Positions 53,340 through 64,000 of a stretch of 64,000 nucleotides of DNA are shown in pieces; position 1 is the first letter of the stretch, and every line of letters starts with the position of its first letter. The position numbers were made by a program, and so were the translations under genes. The DNA comes from Octopus vulgaris (taxonomy: Eukaryota): the NCBI GenBank assembly GCA_951406725.2, contig OX597814.1:35402001-35466000 (forward strand), given 5' to 3'. Under the pieces are notes generated by a model. It was given only the letters and a program-made list of their open reading frames with translations. It searched no databases and was not told the DNA's origin.

Positions 53340-53895
53340 CTTACTTGTATTTGCATATAAATATATCTATAAGTGATTTTAGAGACAGAACTACCTTCAA
53401 CTCAGTCAACACTGAAAGGTTTTATACCCGATCACTCCATAAAATGTTAAAAATTAAATCTTATACTAACTATATCTATTCTGAATCCTGTATTTTCCGT
53501 TTATAAGACTAGACGTGTTTCATGAAAGTACGTTGGTATTGATTAGATACGAGGTATCTAGTTTCAATACTTACTTGGGTCGACATACTCCCAATCTTCA
53601 GGTCTGGATTCTTCAACATTTTTCACTACCCCATCTCTTAAATACTATCATGGTGCTCTATATCTTCAATATAATCTTACTTAACATGTACAAGTGAATA
53701 GAAATATAAAAAATAATAGATAAAAATAACTGAATATAAAAAATTTAAGGAATAAAAAATGAAATAAAATTTAAACGGAAAATACAGGATTCAGAATAGA
53801 TATAGTTAGTATAAGATTTAATTTTTAACATTTTATGGAGTGGTGAGTATAAAACCTTTCAGTGTTGATTGATTTGAAGGTGGTTCTGTCTTTAA
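53340..53895 (-). mobile_element. Fold-back (arms 53378-53503 and 53772-53895) enclosing a hammerhead; probable PLE pseudo-LTR
   Basis: ~125-bp inverted arms with an HHR in the spacer. Confidence 0.8.
53506..53605 (-). ncRNA. Hammerhead-like motif with extended stem II
   Basis: AGAC-CTGAAGA-T-TGGGAGTA...GTATTGA..TAGATAC(CTC)GTATCTA.TCAATAC...TACTTTCA-T-GAAA-CACGTC-TA-GTCT. Confidence 0.7.
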
Positions 53896-54801
53896 ATTTA
53901 CTTTTATATATACAAATTAAACATTGAGAGATGTTCATTTTAGTACATCTAATTTGAATGTCTTTTTCCTGTGTACTTGGAAGTAATATTCCCTAATAAT
54001 TATATATATATATATGAGTGTGTATATATATATACTTATAAAGCTATATATATAAAAGTTATATATATATAATTTAATTTACTACAGAATACAAAATATT
54101 TCCATTTCTATCATTGTTTATTTTAAATTAATAATATTCAAAGCAACTGAACTGAAAGAAATGACTTTTTTTGTGCATGTTGGTTTGTGGGTGTATATAT
54201 GTAAATAGTTATTTTTAAATGTGTCTAGTTTTTGCCTCCTACTTAGCTTATTTATGATCTCTTATCTCTTAACTTGAACACTCTTACAAGATTTTTTTTA
54301 AAGTTTCGATTCTCCTTTTCCTCTCCAATTTCTAAATTCCACCTGCTTCCTTCCCCAGGCGCATCTAACTTCTGAACTTCTCATTTTGTATCTCCTTCTT
54401 TCTGGGCATCTTTCCTCCTTTCCACCACTCTTTTGGTTTCAATTGTTTTCATTTACTGTTGGGTTTCATGTATGTGATACAGTTAACTGAAATAATTTCA
54501 TTGGCTGAGATTATCCAAATGATTACAATACAAAACATCCTTCTTGGACAGTCTAAAAATCGTAAAGCGGCAAATATTGGAGATAACTCCATAATATAAG
54601 TTAGCCAAAATGTTTGGACATATAGACAATGCAAGTAGGAGTGGGTTTGGTTTTTAAAACGAACTGACAAATACAACAAACAAATTTCACTCTTATTACG
54701 CTTCTTCAGTGAAGCATATGCTACTCCGTTGGCAAGACTAAGAGTATATATATGACAAATGAAACATGGAAGATGGAATATATTAATGGAAAATTTATTA
54801 A

Positions 54802-54898
54802 TCACGACAGTTGTTTCGACACATCGATCCCTCATGGGAGGGGCGCTTGGCAACTGGTTCAGGAGAATCTGGCAGTGCAGATGTATCTCATTGGGTGA
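54802..54898 (-). ncRNA. Decayed hammerhead-like motif with extended stem II
   Basis: TCAC-CCAATGA-GATACATC...GATGTGTC-GAAA-CAACTG-TC-GTGA: 4-bp stem I and 8-bp stem II base; core altered at positions 4 and 5. Confidence 0.65.
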
Positions 54899-57559
54899 AA
54901 AATAGATGCAACTTATTAAAATAACAGTTCCACAATGTAACTTCTCATTTTGTAGAAAGAGAAATAGTTAGACGGAGGAAATATCTTCCTTTATACAGAA
55001 GATCAAAAATATAATCACATGAGAAAAAAAGAGGAACGAACACACAACACAGTGAGAAAAGTATTAAAAATAACTGTTAACAAATATGGATGTATAAACA
55101 CCCTCGGGCTAGCTGCATGGTGCGAGTACACTTGCTCATATAAGCATCCATGAAAATGTGAGCATGCAGAGAGAGAGAGATTATGTTGATAAAGAATATC
55201 ATAAAATAGTTTTGAGGGGAAATACTTTAGGGGAGCCTTTTGTGTACTAAATAACATACACAGTAAGGTTTCATGTATGTAATATAGTGAGTTAAAAAAG
55301 TTTTAATCTTTTGAGCTGTTTCCAGCCCATGCCATGTCTCCATTTATCTTCTTTTTTTTCATCTTCAGACAAAAGGCAAGAGCTGAAACTTCAAATTCTT
55401 CATTTTTCGTTCCATATGAATATAATAAAAGCTTTCTTACCAATGCTGACTATCACTGTTCTTTGGAAATAAATTTGCCCTCCCCCCACTTGCTAGCAAA
55501 AATTCTTTGGCTGTTAGTAACATACTCTAAATAAATAAGCAGCAAATAGTGTTAGTGTGTTGAGCACAATCCCTTGCAGTATATTTATTCCAGGTTCTTG
55601 CATTCAATTTTGCATTTCATCTTTCTGGTGTCAATAAATAGAATAACAGTCTAGGCAGTGGACTTGTGAAATAGTTAGAGTTTTGGATAAAGAAGTCGGA
55701 TGGTATTTCTTCCATTTCTCTATGATCTGAATTCAAATGCTGCCCACGTCAGATTTACCTTTTCTTTTTCTGAGGTTGATGAATAAAATGCAACACATTG
55801 GTGGCAGGCTGGAAGAACCATTAATGTGTCAGATAGGATGCATTGTGGCATTTGTCTCAGGTTTTTGATTTCTAAGTTCAAATCCTGCCATTTGACTTAT
55901 ACACCCAGTTTAACTCAACTACCTGGTCTTTGAGTGCTTTTAATGAGGTCCACTCAGTGTCAAGCTTTCGGACTAAGTTTCCAGTTGGAGGATATCTTCC
56001 TCCTTCTCTTTCAATAATTTTGGAGGCTATGAAAAGGTCATGAGCATTGCTCTTTATTCAGATCAGATGGTGGGGGGGGATGTATATATAAAACGGAAAA
56101 AACATTTCCTCTATGTTGATTATTATTAATGATGTTTTATTCTTCAAACATTCCAAAGCAATATAGTGTTTTCTAGAAATTAGTTATGACATTATTATTA
56201 CCTTCCTGGCTTCTTGTCATGTGGTTGTTCTATTTTGGCAGTAGTTCTTTATGATTATCTGTTGAAATTCTTTACCAAGATTCATTCCATTTTTAATGGT
56301 TTTATTTCCCCCAAACAATATTGTAGTCTGACAGTTTTGTAAAATGTTCAGAGACACAATCTCCATCAATAATATTGACGAAAATAAAGTGTTATAAGGA
56401 GGTGAAACACAAAGCTAGACAACTAACTCCCAGAACAACAGTCCATATTTTGTTTTTCTGCCTTATTCTATATGCCATCATACAGTTCATGTATAATACT
56501 TTTTAACAGTTCATTTATCTTTTCAAATATTTTCTTTTGCACTTAAAGTTTAAAGAGAACAATTTTTCTTCATGAAGATTTTCACAACACACCCATCTCT
56601 CTGTTTCTTTCTTTCCCTTTTTTTTTCATTTTCTCTTTCCTTCTCTTTTTCTCTAGTGCTAACTTGTGTGCTTATTAGAATTTTTTTGTATAATGTTGAT
56701 GTTTTCTATTACTGTTAGTTTTGTTGTTTATTTTGTTTATGTATTTCTTATTTTCTATGACAGTTTGTTCTCTCTTTTGGCTTTACTATGTGATATATTC
56801 TGTTTAATTTCTGAAGAGAAATTCCTTGTAAGAAAATATAAATTATTTAGAATGAAAGAAATTTGTGATGTTTGCATTAAACATCAATTCATATTGACAC
56901 AGAATCAGAAAATCTTGTTATATTGGAACAGACATGGTAGACAATATATGATCAATTTATTCTACTTCCAGAAGAGGAGTTAGTCAAGCAGAACAGAAAC
57001 AATGAGAAGAAATCCATATGTTCTGTTGTTTATTGGATGAACAAATTCTGAAACCACATAGTTTCATCTAATATTGCTCAGGTTGTGATGTTAATGAAGA
57101 ACATTAAGAAAAAAAACACTGTAACCTCCATTGATCTTTTAATACGATTTAAGGAGAATTTAATTGAGTCTTAACATGTGTATATAAAGATATTTTCCGT
57201 CTTTTCTGGGAATCAATAACAGATTGATTTAAACAAATTTCCCCAAACAACTATGTTCAAATAAAGGATAACAATATTTGCTCACAGTTAAATTATTTCT
57301 TTATTTGTACAGATTGATGTCATATTGCAACGCCACAATATATTGAAAATTATCAGTAAATGACTAAGGCATAGACATGTTAGAAGTAGATTTAAGAAGA
57401 CTTGTGTAGAACAGTTAATGGTGAGCCTCTTGGAGATCAGGCTTGGATCTGAGACAAAACATGTGACTCTTTATTATATGCCTGTTTAACTCTTTTAACA
57501 ATCAGAGACAAATAGTGAAACATAACGATGATGCTGACAGTGGTTGTGGTGGTTCAGTG

Positions 57560-57800
57560 GTGATATTCTTTGATCACTTTCACATCTCATATTTACATGG
57601 TGTTTGCATTGTATAGGATTAGAGACAAACACTTTCCTCTCTGGTCAATCTCTCATCAACTTCTTCAAATATCACTTGAAAAGGAAAGTGAGCGTAGAGA
57701 GGCAAGTTTTGTTTAGTGAATGTTTAAAAAAAAGATGGGTGAATGTAGCAAGGATGGCATGCATGAATGATGAAGTCACCTTGAGCATAATCCTATGAAC
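57560..57800 (+). pseudogene. Tx1-like LINE extreme 3' fragment
   Basis: HLKRKVSVERQVL...KRWVNVARMA parallels 45360-45470. Confidence 0.55.
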
Positions 57801-59326
57801 CCGGAAAAATTTAAAACAGACTACTTGTAAATAAATGTGTTAACATGTGACATTAATGACTGAGGTTACCATGGTCTTTTCTGTATGCTTTTCTTCCCAT
57901 GGATAAACCTTATCTGCTTCCCCCTTTACACTTTACATCATGACATTTCTGTGATACATAATCCCTATTGATCGTTTTTTCTTTTCTTACTTTCTTTCCT
58001 TTTTTCTTTTCATTTTTTTTTTCCTTTCTACGATCCCTTTTGATCAAAAACCTACCCCACTTTTTTTTCTCTCCAAAAAGAAAAACTCTACTTTGTAATT
58101 TGTCCTGTCTGTGTGCAGCTCTGTGTAGCTAATAAAGAAACATATAACATGTATAGCTGATAAATATATATATATAAACAGACGCACACAAAGTATAAGG
58201 TTTGTAGCATATTCAGTCATTACTAATTTAGAAAACATAATCAAAGACTTTCCCTATTGTAAAAGACTAAAATTCAAAGATTAATTTGGAAAACAAAGAA
58301 ATATAGTTCCATTAGTCATGTATTGCTTCAATCATAAGAACTGTTCTGACATTAATGCAACTGGATCATTTAACTGAATAAGATTCCATAATTACTTCTA
58401 ATTGTCACCTTGAGGTTATTAACAGTGCAAGAAAAGACAAAACCTGCAAAGGTATTGAATGAAAGTTTCTACAGACTGGTAATTAGCAATGATTACATTC
58501 TTAATATAGCAAAGGCTTGAAGGTGTCACTCTGTATCAAGGATAAATACCTTTCAAATAGAAAACTGCATGAAACTGCTTGTAACCTTGTTGTAGAAGGT
58601 GGAAGTGGCCTGTATTGAAATATGCTTACTACTAGCACTATGATTTGAAATCATAAAGTTATATACTAAAGTAAATGTGAGGAATTCGAATTAGAAAGCC
58701 ATTCCAATATTCTAACTGTGGTGACATGTGCTGTTTTGATAGACATATTTCATATATATTTTACTTGCTTTGCAATGGTTTCTCTGTTGCTTTTTATTTT
58801 CCTTAGATAACGCTCTGTCATCTTAAAAAAAGAAAGAAAAAAAGAGAGGGGGCCCATTGGAAAATGCAGTCCTAGATATGTCTAAAATTACAAAATGGTC
58901 ATGGCTGGATCATGCATCTGCCCAGTCTAAAAATAAAACATTTATTCTTCCTAGGAAAAAGGCTAAAGATAAATATATATACACATATGTATAAAAGCTC
59001 AAATAAAGGTTGCAAAGCTCGTTAAGGGATGATAAAATCCAATGAATACGCTGGTATATTACCTATTACAAGAAGTATTGAATATTACAATTAATATTCA
59101 ACAGTAAGGTAACTGGATAAACCAGGGTTTCTATATATTTTTAAGAAAAAAGAAAATAGAGAGATAATTAAATTAAACTAAACTAAATTAAATTTCTAAG
59201 GCTTTGAAATGAAACAGTTGTCAGAGATGATGCCCAATTTTATAATTAATAAATAATTAATTTAAATTATTAATTCAATTTAATTATCTCTCTATTTACT
59301 TTTTTTCTTATACATACATACATACA

Positions 59327-59359
<33 letters not shown>

Positions 59360-60509
59360 GTATATCTATGTTAAAACTCAATTAAGTCCTCCTTAAGTCT
59401 TATAAAAGATGAATGGAATCTGCCATGTTTTACTGTATCATTTTTATCAGCCTCCAGTCTGATCGGTATTAGAGGAAACATGTGGTTTCAAAATTTATTC
59501 ATTCAATAAACTTTAGAACATACAAATTTCCTCTCATACTTTCTATTCTAATTCATTTGTAGGAATGGAACTTGTTTATTAACTAACTACATAATTGGAA
59601 TGTTACCATTTTTTTCATTTCATTCAAGGTGAAGTCAAAAGTGTGTATGCTTTAAACTTTGTTTAGAAACTCAACACAAAATCTATATAAATGAACTTGA
59701 AAATAATATCCATAGGGTTAGTTATTAAATATCTTATTTATATTCATATCTAAAATATATTGTGATGTAAAAAATAATGTTGTTGGATACAAATTACGAA
59801 AGAAGCAAATGTCTTCTAAAAGCAATTTATACTTTAATAAATATTTAATTTTTAAATTGACAGAATACTGTTTATTTGTTGGTTAAACTATTCAGAAACA
59901 CGACTGCGTGGAGATGTCAGACAAATCAGAGTAAGAACAGAATGAAATACTGATAAGCATTCAGTCTACCAGTCTTTGGCGCTTACTTAGTCTACTGATT
60001 TTTTGCACAGTTTTGCATCATCGTCATCATCATCATTGTCATCGTCACCACCACTGCAGCCAACATTACCACAGCCACCACCATTGCTGCTGCCGCCATT
60101 GTCACCACTGCAACTACCATCACAACCACCAACACCATCATCATCATTTTATATCTGCTTTCTATGCTGGTATGGTGTGGAAAGGTTGTCACATTCTAAT
60201 TCAGAATTACTGCTCTCCTAGACATGCTGGAGGACCATGTCTTGCTTGCATGTTTCATATTTGGCATGGTTTCTACAGCTTCCTTACATCAACCATTTAA
60301 AAGAGTGTTTTGGATGGGAAGCAAGCTTCTTACCATACAGCCACACCTATAAATATATATATAGCATCATCATCATTATCATCAATACTGTAAGAATTAT
60401 ATATTATTAAATTATAAGCATGGCTTGGCACAGGCAAGGGTCTGTGATTAAGTTTGCTTCCTAAACACATGGTTTCATGTTCAGTCCTACTACTTGGCTA
60501 TCATCCCCC

Positions 60510-60910
60510 TCATCATCATCATTATTTAACGTCCACTTTCCATGTTGGCATGAGTCGAACAGTTTGACTGAAAACTGGTAAGCCTGAGGTTGCACCAGGT
60601 TCCAATATGACTTGTCAAGGTTTCTACGGCCAGATGCCCTTCCCAATGTCAACCACTCCGAGAATGTAGTGGGTGCTCTTTACCTGCCACCAGCACAGGT
60701 GTCATTCACCTGACACTGGCATTGGTCACAACTATAGTCTCACTTGGCTTGACTGGTCAACACAAGCATGATATATTACCAAGCGTCTCAGTCACCTATC
60801 ACTGCATCCATGAGGCCCATTGCTTGAATGGTGCTTTTTACATGTCACCAGCACAGGTACCAGTCAGACGACACTGGCATCAGCCATGACTAAAATTTCA
60901 CTTTGTTCAA
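60510..60910 (-). mobile_element. RTE-LINE 3' tail fragment
   Basis: (CAT)n-TTTAACGTCCACTTTCCATG...GATGCCCTTCCCAATG. Confidence 0.7.
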
Positions 60911-60916
60911 CAACTG

Positions 60917-60944
<28 letters not shown>

Positions 60945-60950
<6 letters not shown>

Positions 60951-61375
60951 ATAAATCCTGTTCTGTCTGTCTGCTTGTGAGCTTATAACTCAAGTATTGT
61001 TCATTCAATTATACTGAAATTTTAAACATGGATACATGAGAGAGTGGGGTGTTCTGTAATCTAAAAAGATTTTCAAAATTGTCAGTTTCAAAGTGAGAAT
61101 CGCTATTTTTGTAATGTTTGCCTGTCCATCAGATGATTAAAACTTCCATTTTTATTTTTATTTGAAACCACTGTTATGTATCCTGTTGTTCTTAACACTA
61201 CATCAGTGAAAATCGAAATAAAATACTTAAAGCAACAGGTGTCAAATACAATAGCCAAGGTCTGTGCAGTACCATGGGCCAAAAAGTTTCCAATTTCTTT
61301 CCTAATGCAAGCCCAGAGCAATCTCTTATCTCTTACACTATATATATATATCATCATCATCATCATCGTTTAGCG

Positions 61376-61413
<38 letters not shown>

Positions 61414-63146
61414 CTTATGCATTCCAAAACCAAGCTAGAGATTTTGACGCATGGGGTATCAAAAGATTCAGTACTATTTCCGCTACAAATTAAACTTAAT
61501 TTCCATTTGCATATTTGCATTTCAAAAATTTAACATAATCTTTTCCCTAAATCAACTATCACAAACATTTTATGCGATGACATCACATTTTCTATATGTG
61601 TGTGTACCTTAAAAGACATCAATCATCACAACACACAACTTCACTCACTCACTCACTCACTCTATCTCTCTTTCTTTCTCTCTCACACACACATGCATAA
61701 ACACACATGTCCATTTCATATACGTACATACATCTTTCACTTTCTCATCTCCTTCGCTTTCTTTCTCTGTCCTTTTTGCTTTCTCTTCTTTCAATTTCTG
61801 CTCTCTTCAAATAATTTTTTTATGGAATGAGCAAGAGAGCCACAAAATGAGCCACCACAGCAGAATGGTGTGTCTGTATGTGTTGGCTGACATAACGAAC
61901 AGCTGGAGGTGAAACTCTCGACAAAAAGCAATGAGGTGGCAAATGTGTATAAAAATTATTATTTAATACATGTTCTTAATATATATATATATATATTAAG
62001 AAATTTATCTACAATAATTATTGTGGCATTTACCGTTAAATTAGCAGTTCATACATGTGCTTCTATTTGGTTAATTTATGCTTCATACAAAAATAAAAAC
62101 ATACTACATACATACAACTGCTTACAAGATTAGGCATTAATGTTCATAATTTTATATTTACAATATTGAAAAAATATGCTACCAAAGAAAAGACGTAATC
62201 TCTCCAGAAACAAGTATAAAGCAAGGAGGATTGTAGAAAACCGAAGGCAAGAGTCTGAAAAGAGAAGCTAGATGAAATTTTCTCAAGATCAGCAAATGTA
62301 TGTTGCAGCACTTAATACTGGACCATTAAATCAATGTTTCAATGATTAGACAGAGGTTCAATAGAATAGCTCTCAGAAACAGACTACATACAAATTCATT
62401 CTTCACAACTCCTGAAGCTATTTTCAGATATGATCCATCCCATTCTTATAAAAATGATAACTTTGTCCAAATTGGTGTGCAAAACACTAATTGTCATTTC
62501 TGTAGAGCTTTAAAATTTTCATATGAAACAAATGGTATGTGCTGCTCAGGCACACTACCAGCTCCTTCTCAACCTCTTATGGATCTCCTAGAAGGTACTT
62601 CCATCCAGTCAATGGATTTTCTGAACAATATCAGACAATACAACTCTGCATTTCAAATGATATCATTTGGTGCATCTAAGAAGATAGTTAAACATGAATT
62701 TATGCTGACATCAAAGTTCAAAGGCAAGTCTATCACCTCATTGGTTCTCTGTTACCCACAAATGAACGACCACAGTTTCTCTAAATTTACTTTGTGAGTG
62801 ATGTAGGACAGAAAGCCCGAAGGAGGTGTTAAAATTTCAGAGGAAGGGTCGTATTAGACACAGCGCCGACTGCTGCAAAAGAGTATATCCACTGACAGCT
62901 TTGCGGTGCATATGAAAATCACGTAATACCCCCTCCCCCCAATTTTCCTTAACAGGTTATGGCCTGAAATACTCCATATGGATGCATAGTATGTTGCTTA
63001 GTCAAATTAGCGCATCATTTACTCCACAAATGTTTTGTCGTCAAAGCTGCACTTTCCCATATCTACTACTTCAACATAATTGTAATATATTATATACAAA
63101 CTATGCCATCATTTTAATCCCAAGCAATGCTGGGTATCTCTGCTAC

Positions 63147-63147
<1 letters not shown>
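60945..63147 (+). mobile_element. Helitron deletion derivative (boundaries tentative)
   Basis: Rep-helicase N-terminal remnant; 5' (TA)n-TAAATCCTGTTCTGTCTGTCTG; 3' decayed hairpin CCCAAGCAATGCTGGG followed by ...CTGCTAC. Confidence 0.6.
62342..62800 (+). pseudogene. Helitron Rep-helicase N-terminal fragment
   Basis: CHFCRALKF..E..GMCCSG...LLEG....FLNNIRQYNSAFQMISFGA, then a frameshifted KVQRQVYHLIGSLLP. Confidence 0.88.
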
Positions 63148-63180
<33 letters not shown>

Positions 63181-63862
63181 CACATATGGAAAGGTAGAAA
63201 ATGCTAAAATAATTTTATAAAAAACATTTCAGTTATTGAGACTTTTTCAACTGTAAGTATGGAAAACAATTAAATTTTGGAAAAATTAAAAGAAAAGTTT
63301 TTTAAAAGAATGTTTGCATAGTATTCATTTGCAAGGGGTATTTTCCTTGTTTCTGCCTCTCTCTCTCTCTCTTGTTTACTCATGTGGTTTCGAGGTCTAT
63401 ATATATAATATAAAAATAAAAAAAGGTAACACAGCTGGTGTTTAACATTTATGACAGCTGTTTTTATAGAATATACATACACAATGGGTTTCTTTCAATT
63501 CCATGTAGCAAATCGACTTACATCGCTTTGGTTCACCCTAGGGCTATAGTAGATCACACTTGCCCAAGATTCCAAGTAGTAGGACTGAGGATGAAACCAG
63601 GTGTTTAGGAAACAAACCTCTCATCCACATAGCCATGCTTGTAATTTAATAATATATAATTCTTGTAGAACATAGTGATATTAGACATTATAAGTACCAG
63701 TTCAAAACAGTAAATAGAACTCCCCACTTCTGAAACATAAACAAGATATCTCGCATTTACTGGATGACCAAATTAAATATGATAATTTGTTTTTTTCTGT
63801 TTAAACACAATTAGATCTTACAGTTCTATATTTAAGAGATGAGGAATTATGTGCATTATTTA

Positions 63863-64000
63863 CATTATTTACATTCAACGGATATTTGTCCACATCTTGT
63901 TTGTTAACACGTTTCAGCAGATATACCCTCCAGCCTTTTTCAGGTGTTTTGGGGAAATTTCGAACCTGGGTTCTCATTCCTAAGGTATTTTTTGATGTTG
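63863..64000 (-). mobile_element. PLE 3' tail with decayed minimal HHR (63906-63948), cut by the window edge
   Basis: Third copy of 25613-25770. Confidence 0.8.

Noticed and set aside
54449-55257. 134-aa and 80-aa hydrophobic ORFs as membrane-protein exons
   Set aside because: No recognisable motif; they overlap an HHR-bearing repeat unit, and AT-rich DNA gives hydrophobic translations.

Overview
AT-rich, microsatellite-dense animal DNA with no host protein-coding gene that I can support. The repeat families resemble those of Octopus (cephalopod); this is an inference from recalled motifs. Nearly all long ORFs in the track are artefacts of (TA)n/(CA)n/(AAT)n repeats. The window is a nested collection of mobile elements: a near-intact 3.8-kb hAT transposon (TIRs, 8-bp TSD, one internal stop), a decayed Tc1 element, RTE, Tx1/L1-like and R4-like LINE relics, a Helitron derivative, several tRNA-derived SINE families, and at least five Penelope-like element (PLE) coding relics. 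The main result is structural. By eye I find 13 type-I hammerhead-ribozyme (HHR)-like motifs in about nine different sequence contexts, mostly in PLE pseudo-LTRs arranged as fold-backs or partial tandems. They include compensatory core variants (U3-A8 and G3-C8 in place of C3-G8), greatly extended stem II hairpins, and one PLE whose 3' end carries a tRNA-like Pol III head upstream of a minimal HHR. All folds were paired manually and cleavage activity is untested.
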